DNA of 64,000 nt from an uncultured bacterium (GTDB taxonomy: Bacteria > Krumholzibacteriota > Krumholzibacteriia > JACNKJ01), in NCBI GenBank assembly GCA_963695095.1, contig CAVOFT010000001.1, positions 704,001-768,000 of the forward strand, given 5' to 3'. The position numbers were made by a program, and so were the translations under genes. The notes under the pieces are model-generated. The model saw nothing but the letters and a program-made list of their open reading frames with translations. It was not told the DNA's origin and searched no databases. The stretch's first letter is position 1. Each line of letters begins with the position of its first letter. Shown one piece after another: positions 1-9,712 of this stretch.

Positions 1-713
1 CCGGGCAGCAGGAGCAGGCTGGTGGGCGCCACGGTCAGGGTGAGCTGGTTCTCGATGTCCGGATGGATGAAGAGCGTGTCCGGATAGCCCGCGAAGACGG
101 GAGTGGCGCCGGGCGGGCTGGCGCCCTGATGGCTCGCGGTGGCGAAGGCGAGCAGGATCTTCTCGCCCCAGCTCAGCTCCGCGAAGTGGTGCTCGCTGGC
201 GGGCGTCTCGAGCGTGTCCACGCCGAGGACCGCCAGGGGCATGGCCACCGGCGCGCCCGCCAGATCCACGATCGAAACGCGCAGGGAGCCGCTGCGCTCG
301 ATGACCGGCACCGCGAGCCGGCGCGTGACCGGGCTGTCGTCGTCCAGGTCCCGCACCTGCACGCTGAATCGCACCGAATCGATGCCCGCGAAGCTGGCCG
401 GCGCCAGCCAGACGACCGAGTCGGCGTTGGCGATGTTGCCCAGCCAGCTGCCCTGGTTGTTGGCGCTCCAGCTGTAGCGCAGGGGATCCTCGTCGGGGTC
501 CGTGGCCTCGACGCTGAGCGTGAAGCTGCCCAGCGGCGCCAGCGCCGCGGGTGGCGGGTCCATCGCGATCTCGCCGACGACCGGAAAGCGGTTCTCGGGC
601 AGGTCCTGCATGTCCAGGCTGCAGGCGGCGGCAAGCAGCAGGGCCGCGGCCCCGGCGGCAATCCGGAGGCCGCCCCCGGGGGCGGAGCGCAGCGGCATTC
701 GGCGTCTCTTCAT
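1..713 (-). CDS. Hypothetical lipoprotein, partial (runs off window start; probable frameshift near 165)
   Basis: Manual translation from ATG at 713 gives MKRRRMPLRSAPGGGLRIAAGAAALLLAAAC (lipobox), then an Ig-like segment 'FTLSVEATDPDEDPLRYSW'. Not listed in the ORF track. Confidence 0.6.
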   Translation of the reverse strand, partial: MKRRRMPLRSAPGGGLRIAAGAAALLLAAACSLDMQDLPENRFPVVGEIAMDPPPAALAPLGSFTLSVEATDPDEDPLRYSWSANNQGSWLGNIANADSVVWLAPASFAGIDSVRFSVQVRDLDDDSPVTRRLAVPVIERSGSLRVSIVDLAGAPVAMPLAVLGVDTLETPASEHHFAELSWGEKILLAFATASHQGASPPGATPVFAGYPDTLFIHPDIENQLTLTVAPTSLLLLP

Positions 714-782
714 GGCTCTGGGATGATAGACTATGCGGACCTCGATCCCAACCCCAAGTCCCCGCCCAGGGAGCGCCGCGCC

Positions 783-2082
783 ATGCCCTCGGACCCCGCC
801 CTCCTCCTCGCGCGCCTCGCCGGGCCCGATGGCCGTGCGCTGGAGGCCGCGCTGGCGGCCGGCGATCCGGCGGAGCGGGGCTCGCCGCGGGCGGTGGCCG
901 CCCTGCGCCGCCTGGCGGATGCCGAGCTGGTGGCCCTGGCCCTGCGCCTGGATGCCGCCCGCGATCGCCAGCATCTGAAGTTCCCGCCCGACGAAGCCCC
1001 TGCGCTTCACGCCCGAGCTGCTCGAGCAGGCGAGCAGCCATCCGGTGGCGAGGCATCGCGCCCAGCGCCTGGCGCCCCTGGGTCCGGTGCTCGACCTGGG
1101 CTGCGGCGCGGGCGGGGATCTCACCCGCCTCGCGGCGGCCGGGGCCGCGGTCACGGGCCTGGAGGCCGATCCCCTGGCGGCGGCCCTGGCCCGCGCCAAC
1201 CTCGCCGCCCTCGGCCTGGCCGGCGAGGTCATCACCGGGCGCTACCCGGAGACGGCCCTGCCGCCGCATCGCGCGCTCTACATCGATCCCGCGCGGCGCG
1301 CGGGTGGCCGGCGGCACCGGGATCCCCGCGCCTTCTCGCCGGCGCCGGCCCTGATCGCGCCGCTCCTGGCCCGAGCCGAGGCCTGGTGCCTCAAGTGGGG
1401 GCCGGCCCTGCCCCTGGACGCCGCTGCGCTGTCCGGCCCGGCCGGGCCACTCGCCGGCCTCGGCGCCGGCGACTGGGAGCTGGAGACCGTGTCCTGGCGG
1501 GGCGATCTGCGCGAGGCGCTGCTCTGGGGCGGCGCGGCCCGCCGTGGCGCCCCGCGCCAGGCCACGCTGCTGCAAGGCGACCTGCGCGACACGCGCCCGC
1601 TCAGCTATGCCGCCCCGCCGGGCGAGGCCGCTTCGCCGCCGCCCGCGGCGCCGCCGGGCGGGGGCGAGTCCGGCTGGGTGCACGAGCCCGATCCGGCTCT
1701 CATCCGCGCGGGCCTCGTCGACGCCTTCGCCCGCGAGCACGCGCTCGCCCCCCTGGCCCCGGACATCGCCTACCTGGCCGGCGAGGCCGTGGCCAGCCCC
1801 TTCCTGCGCCGCTGGCGCATTCTGGAGATCCTGCCGCTCAGCCTCGGCGGATTGCAGGCCGCCCTGGACCGGCACGGGGCGGGGCCCATCGTCCTGAAGA
1901 AGCGCGGCTTCCCGCTGGATCCGGAGACCCTGCGCCCGCGCCTGGTCGGTCGCGGCGAGCGACCCGTGACCGTGCTCATCTATCGGGATGGGCGAGATGG
2001 GCGCGATCGGGCGCTCGCCGCGCCGGGGCGAGCACTGGGTCTGCCTCGGCGCCGCGGAAGGGTGTTCGTTACACGAAGGTGA
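783..2082 (+). CDS. Class I SAM-dependent methyltransferase with THUMP-like C-terminal domain (frameshift near 1005)
   Basis: Motifs VLDLGCGAGGD, YIDPARR, HEPDPALIRAG and LKKRG. The N-terminus (MPSDPALL...KFP) is in another frame and joins at 'FTPELLEQASS'. Confidence 0.75.
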
Positions 2083-2181
2083 CAGTTCATGAAAAATCGT
2101 TTCAACAAAACGGCGTTTCCCGTTATGTGTTGAGAACCAGCGGCGCCCGACAACTCGTCACCCCCGCCTTGTGAGGAATCG

Positions 2182-3567
2182 ATGACTCTCGTCAACCCGA
2201 GCATCCTCCTGGTCGACCCCAACGGCGTGCTCATCATGCGTTGGGCCGAGACCCTGGCCGCTGATTATCAGGTCGAAACCTCCCGCAGCATCGAGGACAC
2301 GCTGGCCCAGCTCGGCGAGTGGCTGCCCGAGTTCCTCATCGTGCACGTGGAGCTGCGCAGCGCGGGCCCCCTGCTCGACGGCCTCGAGCGCCTCCTGCTC
2401 ACGCAGACGGAGCTGCCCGTGATCGCCCTGCTCGGCGAGGGCCTGCCGCCCGACCAGCGCCTGCGCGCCCTGCGCCAGCCGATCTTCGCGCACCTGGAGG
2501 CCGACTGCCCGGTGGAAGAGCTGCGCATCGTCTTGCGCCGGGCCGGCGAGCAGGAGCGGCGGCGGCAGGAGCGGCTCTACCTGCGCCAGCATCAGCTCGA
2601 CCTGGACGTCTACGAGATGGGCGGCAGCCTGGGCGCCCTGCACGAGGAGATCCAGCGCGCCGCGGCCACGGAGCTGGGCGTGCTCATCTACGGCAGTCCC
2701 GGCAGCGGACGGCGCGAGGTGGCCAAGAAGATCCATCTGCTCAGCCGCCGCGCCCGCGAGCCCTTCGTCAGCTTCAATCCGACCGGACTCTCCATCGAGG
2801 ACTGCCGCGTGCGCCTCTTCGGCCGCGAGGGCCGCGATGGCCTGCGCCGCCGCGGCCTGCTCGAGACGGCCCACGGGGGCACCCTGCTGCTGGAGTCCGT
2901 GGGGCAGTTGCCGCGCAGCGTGCAGTCCGAACTACACCGGGCGCTCTTCGAGGGCCGCACGACGCGCGTGGGCAGCATCCATCCGCTGCCGCTGGACCTG
3001 CGGCCCCTGGCCACCGCGGGCCCGGAGCTGCTGGAGGCCGCGCGCGAGGGCGAGTTCCACGGCGAGCTGTTCGGCCTCCTGCACGTCTACTCGCTGGCCG
3101 TGCCCTCGCTCGATCAGCGCCGCGAGGACATTCCCTCGCTGGTGCGCGGCTACCTGCGTCGCTTCGGCCGCCGCCATGGCCGGCCCGAGCTGGACATCGA
3201 GCCCGAGGTGGAGTCCTTCCTCATGCGCCGCAGCTGGCGGGGCAGCCTGCAGGAGCTGAGCCGCAGCGTGGAGCTGGCCGTGCTGCGCGCGGAGGGCCGC
3301 GCGCTCAGCTTGCAGGACTTCGGCGTCAACGGCCTGGATGTCGAGGTCCTGCCGCTGGAGTACCGGCAGGCGAAGAAGATGGCGGAGCTCGACTTCAAGC
3401 GCCGCTTCTTCTCGCGGCTGCTGCGGATCACGAGCGGCAAGGTGACGGCCGCCGCCAAGCTCGCCGAGGTGCCGCGGCCCAGCCTCTCGACGATGCTGAA
3501 GGACGTGAGCCTGTCGCCCAGCGCCTTCAAGCCGGCGCGGGCCAGCCGCAGGGCGGCCGCTCGCTAG
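2182..3567 (+). CDS. NtrC-like sigma54-interaction-domain regulator (receiver-like, AAA+, Fis-type HTH) with degenerate catalytic motifs
   Basis: Overall bEBP layout (PFVSFN, GLLETAHGGTLLL, RREDIP, C-terminal HTH). GAFTGA is absent. Confidence 0.8.
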   Translation: MTLVNPSILLVDPNGVLIMRWAETLAADYQVETSRSIEDTLAQLGEWLPEFLIVHVELRSAGPLLDGLERLLLTQTELPVIALLGEGLPPDQRLRALRQPIFAHLEADCPVEELRIVLRRAGEQERRRQERLYLRQHQLDLDVYEMGGSLGALHEEIQRAAATELGVLIYGSPGSGRREVAKKIHLLSRRAREPFVSFNPTGLSIEDCRVRLFGREGRDGLRRRGLLETAHGGTLLLESVGQLPRSVQSELHRALFEGRTTRVGSIHPLPLDLRPLATAGPELLEAAREGEFHGELFGLLHVYSLAVPSLDQRREDIPSLVRGYLRRFGRRHGRPELDIEPEVESFLMRRSWRGSLQELSRSVELAVLRAEGRALSLQDFGVNGLDVEVLPLEYRQAKKMAELDFKRRFFSRLLRITSGKVTAAAKLAEVPRPSLSTMLKDVSLSPSAFKPARASRRAAAR

Positions 3568-3613
3568 GGCGGGCCTTGTCAAGCTCGGGGGCGCTGGCCG
3601 ATACTCGGATCCC

Positions 3614-5641
3614 GTGAAGCTGCCTGCTCGACTCCGCCTGCGGCCTGGACAGCTCCTGCCCCTGCTCCTGGGCCTGCTGCTCCTGCCGCTGCTTTTTCGT
3701 CTGCCCGCCGATGCCGAGCGCCTCGTGCCCGCGAGCCTGGAGCGGCTCTTTGTTCCCGGCCTCGCTGAACGCCTCGCGCCGCACGGCGGGGCGGGCGGTC
3801 GCGCGCTGGTGCTCGATCTCCAGGGCCCGGGCCGCGACGCCCTGCGCCGCAGCCTCGAGCAGCGGCTGGCCGCGCTCGCGGCGGCGGCAGCCCCCGCGGG
3901 CGAAGCGGCGCCGGCGCGGATGCCCCTGCACCTCTCCCTCGCCTGGACGGTGAGCGGCCATGAGCTGCAGCTCGCGCGGCAGCATCCGCAGCCTGAACCT
4001 GGAGACCTTCGTCCAGGAGCGCTACCGCCTGCCCGGCGGCGAGAGCCTGCTGCCGCCCCTGGTCGCCATCGCGCTGGCCTTCGCCTTCCGCAACACGCTG
4101 CTCTGCCTGCTCGCAGGGATCTGGGTGGGAGCGACCGCCATCGTCGGCGGCAATCCCCTCGTCGGCCTGTTCTGGGTGGGCTACGAGGGCATCCTGCGCC
4201 ACGCGCTCCTGGACCGCTTCCGCCTCGAGATCCTGGTCTTCATCTTCGGGCTGGTGGGCACCGTGGGCATCATGAGCCGCATGGGCGGCGTGGCGGGCAT
4301 GCTCGCGGCCGCCGGCCGCGCCGTGCGCGGCGTGCGCTCGCACGCAGCTCTTCACCTCGGCGATGGGCCTGCTCATCTTCTTCGACGACTACGCCAATAC
4401 CATCCTGGTCGGGCACGACGATGCGCCCCCTCACCGACCGCTGGCGCGTGAGCCGCGAGCGCCTGGCCTACCTGGTGGACTCGACGGCCGCGCCGGTGGC
4501 CGGCCTCAGCGCCCTGTCCACCTGGGTGGCCTACGAGATGAGCCTCTACGCCGATCAGCTCCCGGCGGCGGGCATCCATCAGGACGCCTACATCATCTTC
4601 CTGCGCACGCTGCCCTTCCGCTTCTACTCGATCTTCACGCTCACGCTGCTCCTGATGGGCGCGGCGATGGACCGCAGCTTCGGGCCCATGCTGGCGGCCG
4701 AGCGGCGCGCGCGCGGCGGCGCCGTCAGTCCGGATGTCGAAAGCCGCGGCCGGGCCGAGCGCCTCAGCGAGCGCGCCCTGCGCCGCACGGAGGCCAAGCC
4801 GGGCCTGCCCGCGCGCTGGATCAACGCCGCGCTGCCGCTGGGCCTCATCGTCCTCGTCACCGTGCTGCTCATGTTCCACTTCGGCGACAGCGAGGGGCGC
4901 GGCCTGGCCGCGCTGGCGGACATCGGCTACCTGCGCGAGACCGTGCTCGCCGGCACCCAGAGCTCGCGCGCGCTGGCCTGGGCCTCGCTGGTCGGCTTCG
5001 TGGCCGCGCTCCTGCTTGCCCGCGGGCAGCGACTGCTCGGCTGGCGCGAGGGCCTGGCGGCCGGCGTCGGCAACTTCCAGGCCATGCTGGAGGCGGTGGG
5101 CATCCTCGTCCTCGCCTGGACGATGGGCAAGGTCTGCGCGGAGCTCGGCACCAGCGAGGCCCTGATCGGCGCCACGGGCGGGCGGCTCGCCGAGGCGGCG
5201 CTCGCCTTTCCCGTGCTGCTCTTCCTGACCGGCGCGGCCGTGTCCTTCGCGACGGGCAGCTCCTGGAGCACGATGGCGATCCTCTTGCCCAACGTGGTGG
5301 TGCTCGCGGCGCACCTGGGTGCGCACACGGCCCTGGGCAGCGAGGGGTTGCTCCTGCTTTCCATCGGCGCCGTGCTGGAGGGAAGCATCTTCGGCGATCA
5401 CTGCTCGCCGATCAGCGACACGACCGTGCTCTCGAGCGTGGCCAGCGGTTGCCCGCACATGGCCCACGTGCGCACGCAGATGCCGATTGCGCTGGTGGCG
5501 CTGGCGATCTCGCTCGGCGCGGGCTACCTGCCCGTCGCCCTCGGCCTGCCGGCCTGGGCAGCGCTGGCCATCGGTGCGGTGGCGGCCTTCGGCTTCCTGC
5601 GCCTCGTCGGGCGCGTGCCGGTCGCAGCGACCGCGCGCTGA
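3614..5641 (+). CDS. Na+/H+ antiporter NhaC-family protein (frameshifts ~3980-4420)
   Basis: Motifs SLLPPLVAI, IFFDDYAN, LVDSTAAPVA, SFATGSSW and FGDHCSPISDTT. Confidence 0.85.
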   Translation: MKLPARLRLRPGQLLPLLLGLLLLPLLFRLPADAERLVPASLERLFVPGLAERLAPHGGAGGRALVLDLQGPGRDALRRSLEQRLAALAAAAAPAGEAAPARMPLHLSLAWTVSGHELQLARQHPQPEPGDLRPGALPPARRREPAAAPGRHRAGLRLPQHAALPARRDLGGSDRHRRRQSPRRPVLGGLRGHPAPRAPGPLPPRDPGLHLRAGGHRGHHEPHGRRGGHARGRRPRRARRALARSSSPRRWACSSSSTTTPIPSWSGTTMRPLTDRWRVSRERLAYLVDSTAAPVAGLSALSTWVAYEMSLYADQLPAAGIHQDAYIIFLRTLPFRFYSIFTLTLLLMGAAMDRSFGPMLAAERRARGGAVSPDVESRGRAERLSERALRRTEAKPGLPARWINAALPLGLIVLVTVLLMFHFGDSEGRGLAALADIGYLRETVLAGTQSSRALAWASLVGFVAALLLARGQRLLGWREGLAAGVGNFQAMLEAVGILVLAWTMGKVCAELGTSEALIGATGGRLAEAALAFPVLLFLTGAAVSFATGSSWSTMAILLPNVVVLAAHLGAHTALGSEGLLLLSIGAVLEGSIFGDHCSPISDTTVLSSVASGCPHMAHVRTQMPIALVALAISLGAGYLPVALGLPAWAALAIGAVAAFGFLRLVGRVPVAATAR

Positions 5642-5678
5642 TCGCGCGGGGCCGCGCCGGCTGCGGGGATGGGGGGGC

Positions 5679-5707
5679 TTGCAAATCGGATGGTTTCGGT
5701 CTACTTT
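5679..5707 (+). promoter_or_regulatory. Putative sigma70 promoter
   Basis: TTGCAA-17nt-TACTTT upstream of the 5762 CDS. Confidence 0.45.
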
Positions 5708-5761
5708 GTGTGAGTGTGAGAGAGAATGATTTCCACGATGCCTGCGTCGGGAGGAGAGTGC

Positions 5762-6286
5762 ATGGAAGCGACTCTGGGCAAGCGGAGCGGGCTGCGCCCG
5801 ATCCTGATTGTCGCCGCCGTCCTGATCGTGATCGGATTCATCGGCTTCCTCGTCCTGCAGGGCCAGCACGGCAAGGCCTTGAAAGCCCAGCACGACCGTG
5901 CGGCAGCGACCGCCTCCGAGATGGCGATCGATCTGACGCGCGTCTTGGCGACCACGATTGCCGATGACGCCGCTCGCCTCGAGCACGCGATGCTCGACAT
6001 GCAGCTGGCAACTGTCGTGCGCGGCCGCCACGTGGCCGCCGTGGTCGTTCTCAACCCCAGCGGCGAAGTGCTGGCGACCACCGATCAGCGCTGGGCCGGC
6101 CGCACCCTGGACGACGCCGAGACGATGGCGGCCATGGCCGTCAACGAGGCGACCGTGATGCCCGCCGCTCCGGTGCCGGGCCAGATCGAGGTGGCAGCAC
6201 CTCTCTTCGTGGGCCCCGATCGGCTCGGGACCGTGCGCGTTTTCGTCGACCTCGGTGAGTTTGGTCCGTCGAGTTCCTCGAAGTAA
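5762..6286 (+). CDS. Single-TM membrane protein with Cache-like extracytoplasmic domain
   Basis: GGAGG RBS and an N-terminal TM helix. 'VVVLNPSGEVLATTD...IEVAAPLF..DRLGTVRV' resembles a PAS/Cache sensor fold. Confidence 0.55.
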   Translation: MEATLGKRSGLRPILIVAAVLIVIGFIGFLVLQGQHGKALKAQHDRAAATASEMAIDLTRVLATTIADDAARLEHAMLDMQLATVVRGRHVAAVVVLNPSGEVLATTDQRWAGRTLDDAETMAAMAVNEATVMPAAPVPGQIEVAAPLFVGPDRLGTVRVFVDLGEFGPSSSSK

Positions 6287-6300
6287 CTGGAGGCTCAATC

Positions 6301-6501
6301 ATGTCCGGACTCGCTTTCCTGCTTGCGCTCATCGCACTCGTGGTAGCCGTGCTCGCCTACCGGCGCACGGGCGGCGTCCAGGAGCTCAACAGCCGTATCG
6401 AGACGCTTTCGGCCAACGCGGGCCCGCTCCGCGACAAGGCGGCCGACACGCTCGAGCGCTTGAGCGACGCCGTCAGACAGAAGAAGCAGGACCCGGAATA
6501 G
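6301..6501 (+). CDS. Small membrane-anchored hypothetical protein
   Basis: GGAGG RBS; TM helix followed by a helical tail. Confidence 0.6.
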   Translation: MSGLAFLLALIALVVAVLAYRRTGGVQELNSRIETLSANAGPLRDKAADTLERLSDAVRQKKQDPE

Positions 6502-6632
6502 AACACCGGGTTCCCGCATCGACCCGATCCGCGGGGCCGATGGGCCTGCCCAATCAGCGCTACTCGCTCTCGTGCCCTCGTCCGACCAGGGATCGCGCGC
6601 AGGGGTGGCGCATTGCCTGCGGAGCCGCACCC

Positions 6633-7178
6633 ATGAAACGATGTCTAGGCCTCGGCATCTTCAAGACCGCGATCCTGCTTGCCTGCCTGGCCGCGCCCGC
6701 GCTTGTCGCCGGCGCCGAAGACTTGGCGACAAGCGGAGCCCGCCGGGACTTCGCCGGCGATCTCCAGCGCGTGGCGCGTCTCACGGGTGAGCCCGGCGCC
6801 GTCCGCGCGGAAGCCGGGCGCTTCATCCTGGCGCTCGAGGGTCCGCTCACCTTCACCAACGGCCAGCGCGAACTCGATCTCGCCTCGCGGGAGACGCTGC
6901 GCCGGGTAGCCGCCCTGTTGCTGCTGCACCCGGGCGCGCGGGCCGCGCTCGAAGGCCACAGCGACGATCGCGGCGATGCGGAGCGGAACCGGCTGCTGAG
7001 CCTGGGCCGCGCCGCCGTCGTCCGCGACGAATTGCGGCGCCTGGGCGTGCCGGCCGCGCGCCTGCGCATCGAAGGCTTTGGCGAGTCCCGCCCCCGCGCC
7101 GATAATGGCAGCGCGAGCGGGCGCGCGCTCAACCGGCGCGTCGAGATCCGATTCACGCTCGACGCGCCCGCACGCTGA
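6633..7178 (+). CDS. OmpA-family peptidoglycan-binding protein
   Basis: Signal peptide; EGHSDDRG...NRLLSLGRAAVV...GFGESRP...NRRVEI. Confidence 0.85.
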   Translation: MKRCLGLGIFKTAILLACLAAPALVAGAEDLATSGARRDFAGDLQRVARLTGEPGAVRAEAGRFILALEGPLTFTNGQRELDLASRETLRRVAALLLLHPGARAALEGHSDDRGDAERNRLLSLGRAAVVRDELRRLGVPAARLRIEGFGESRPRADNGSASGRALNRRVEIRFTLDAPAR

Positions 7179-7211
7179 GAACCGCAAGGTCGGTCTCTCG
7201 CGAGGAGGAAC

Positions 7212-9683
7212 ATGGGCATCTCACTGAAGAGCTGGTGGATTGTTCTGGCCATGGCTGCCGCGCTCACCGGCATTGCCGGTCCCTCGAGCGCAGGCGAAGA
7301 GGGCGGGTCCGGCCTCCTGCGCGTGGATCGAGCCTTCAGCCTCGGCTTCGGCCGGCCGCTGGTCTCGATCTATAGCGGGCTCTATAGCCGGGATTTCACC
7401 GGCGGCGAGGACCGCTTCTACACCCTCACGCCCGGCGTGACGCTCGGGCTCGGCGGCGGCTTCGAAGGCTCGGCCTCGCTGCCCTTGGAGGGACTGTCCA
7501 GCAAGCTGGAAGCGGATCCCTTCGACCGCCGCTTCGACATCCGCCACCGCGATCTGAGCGCGCGCCTGCGCTGGACGGCGCCGCTGGGCACCCTGCGCCT
7601 GCGCGCCGGCGTCGAGGGATTGCTCGGCCTGCCCCTGGGCGATACGACACGCGCCAGCGGCACGAGCAAGGCCGATCCCGCGCTCGATACGGGCGTGATG
7701 GGTCTGGTGACGACCAATGTCGGCTGGTTCAGCTTTCCGATCCGCGTCCATGTCAACGCCGGTTACCTGTGGAGCCGGGACGACGGCGCCTTCTACACCC
7801 GCAGCCACCCGGTGGCGCTGCCGATCAGTGCCGGCGAGGGCGATGGCAATGACCTGGCCCTCTTCGGCCTGGCCCTCGAGACGGGCCTGCGCCGGATGTC
7901 GGTCTTCGCGGAGCTGACCACGGAGCAATTCGTGGAGGCGCGCGGCGCGCTCACGGGCAAGGAGAACCTCTGGCTGCTGACGCCGGGACTGCGCACGAAG
8001 CTCACCCCCACGATCGAGCTCACGGCGGGAGTCTCCTTCAACCTCTCGTCGGACGATACCGACACGGCCTTCGATCCCGGCGAGGTGTTTCCCGACTACC
8101 AGCTGCGACTCGGCCTGACCCTGGGCGATATCCTGGCCCGGGAGCGCGCCGAGGCGAAGCAGCTGACGCCGATCATTCCCCTCGCGGCCGAGCCGGAGCC
8201 CGCCGTCGAGGCAGAGGGCCTCGCGGCAATGGACGAGGCGGCGTCCCCGGAGGGCGAGCTCGCCGACACCGAAGCGCTCGCCGTGGCGGCAGCGGCGACG
8301 GATACGCTGCCGGTTGCAGCGGCGCCCCTGGCCGCGGAGGCCGTCGCCGTGAGCGACGAGCAGCCCGACGCGGTGGCCCCCGTGGCGACGCAGAAGGCCG
8401 CGCCGGCCGCTGCGGCGGCGCCCGTCGCCCCGGCAGTTGCGCCGGTCCCCGCTGCGGCCGCGCCCGTCGTCCCCGCGGCTGCGCCGGCCCCTGCCGCAAC
8501 GACACCGCGGCCAGCGCCGGTAGCGGCGACGCCGACGGCCGAGTCGCTGCGCGCCATCGAGGCTCGCCTGGATCGGCTCGAGCTGCGCGATCGCCTGTCG
8601 ACGATCGAGCGCCGGCTCTGGGAGCTCGAAGCGGGGGGCGGCGTCGCGCCCTCGCCGGCCCCCGTTCGCACGCCGCCGGTCTCGCTGCAAGCCACGCCCA
8701 GCGCTCCGCAGATGACGGTGGCTCCGCCGACGAACACGCCTGTTCCTCAGGCTGCCCCCGAGGCCGCACCTGAAGCCGCTGCGCCGCCGCAGGCTGCAGC
8801 GCCGGCAGCGGGCCAGGCCGCGCCGGCCACGGGCCAGGCCGCAGCGCCCGCGAGCGCTGTGGCCGCACCCAAGGCGATCGCGACAACGCCGCCGAAGCCG
8901 GCGACCCCCTCGGCGCGCGAGACCGAGCTGGCCGCCCGGGTCAAGACGCTGGAGACGGAGCTGGCGGCCGCCCAGACGCCGCCGGCCAAGCCCGTGGCGC
9001 CGGCGCCCAGCGAGCGCGAAGTGAAATTGACCCAGGAGGTCGAGGCGCTGCGGCAGCGCATGGACGATCTCGCCGCGCTGCAGGCCGCGCCTGCGGCACC
9101 GGCCCCCGCGCGCCCGGCGGAGATCAGCATTCCCATCACCGTGCCGACGACAACAGCGCCGAGCGGGAAGGCGAGCCTGCCGCCGGCCATCGGCACGGCC
9201 CTCGCGGAGACGGCGCCCAGTATTCCGGCCGCCGCGGCGCCCGCGGCGAGTGCCGCAGCTGAAGCCACGGCGCCCGCGGCGACGACCGCAGCGGAAGCAG
9301 CAGCGCCCGAGCCGGAAGCGGCCGCGGAACCCGGCTTTCCGCTCGCCGTCGGCGACACGATGGCGCTCGCGGGCTGGGCCTGGACGGAGGAGGAGCCCGT
9401 CGCGCCGCCGGTGCTCGCGGCGCTCGACTCCTTGGCCCTGGCGCTGACCGCGCACCGCGAGGTGCAGCTGGTGCTGCTCGTGCACGGCGGCGGCAGCGAC
9501 CGCGAGGCGGAGCTGTCACGCACCGCCGCGGCGGCGCAGTACCTGCGCGCCTACCTGGTGAGCGCTGGCGCCGACTCCGCGCAGGTGCAGCCGCTGGGCA
9601 TGGGGCTGTCCGAGCCCCTGGTGCCGATCGATGCGCCCGATGCGGTGCGCAATGCGCGGGTCGAGGTGGCGCGGGTGCGCTGA
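7212..9683 (+). CDS. Exported protein: predicted outer-membrane beta-barrel, Pro/Ala-rich coiled-coil linker, degenerate OmpA-like domain
   Basis: Signal peptide; amphipathic strands ending 'YQLRLGLTL'; low-complexity linker; C-terminal 'GMGLSEPLV...NARVEV'. Confidence 0.65.
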   Translation: MGISLKSWWIVLAMAAALTGIAGPSSAGEEGGSGLLRVDRAFSLGFGRPLVSIYSGLYSRDFTGGEDRFYTLTPGVTLGLGGGFEGSASLPLEGLSSKLEADPFDRRFDIRHRDLSARLRWTAPLGTLRLRAGVEGLLGLPLGDTTRASGTSKADPALDTGVMGLVTTNVGWFSFPIRVHVNAGYLWSRDDGAFYTRSHPVALPISAGEGDGNDLALFGLALETGLRRMSVFAELTTEQFVEARGALTGKENLWLLTPGLRTKLTPTIELTAGVSFNLSSDDTDTAFDPGEVFPDYQLRLGLTLGDILARERAEAKQLTPIIPLAAEPEPAVEAEGLAAMDEAASPEGELADTEALAVAAAATDTLPVAAAPLAAEAVAVSDEQPDAVAPVATQKAAPAAAAAPVAPAVAPVPAAAAPVVPAAAPAPAATTPRPAPVAATPTAESLRAIEARLDRLELRDRLSTIERRLWELEAGGGVAPSPAPVRTPPVSLQATPSAPQMTVAPPTNTPVPQAAPEAAPEAAAPPQAAAPAAGQAAPATGQAAAPASAVAAPKAIATTPPKPATPSARETELAARVKTLETELAAAQTPPAKPVAPAPSEREVKLTQEVEALRQRMDDLAALQAAPAAPAPARPAEISIPITVPTTTAPSGKASLPPAIGTALAETAPSIPAAAAPAASAAAEATAPAATTAAEAAAPEPEAAAEPGFPLAVGDTMALAGWAWTEEEPVAPPVLAALDSLALALTAHREVQLVLLVHGGGSDREAELSRTAAAAQYLRAYLVSAGADSAQVQPLGMGLSEPLVPIDAPDAVRNARVEVARVR

Positions 9684-9712
9684 GCCGAGGGCGCACGCCC
9701 GGGCGCCTGCGA

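Noticed and set aside
6606..6621. Sigma54-like TGGCGC-N5-CTGC before the OmpA gene
   Set aside because: Weak match in GC-rich DNA; the implied TSS would exclude the apparent GGAG RBS.
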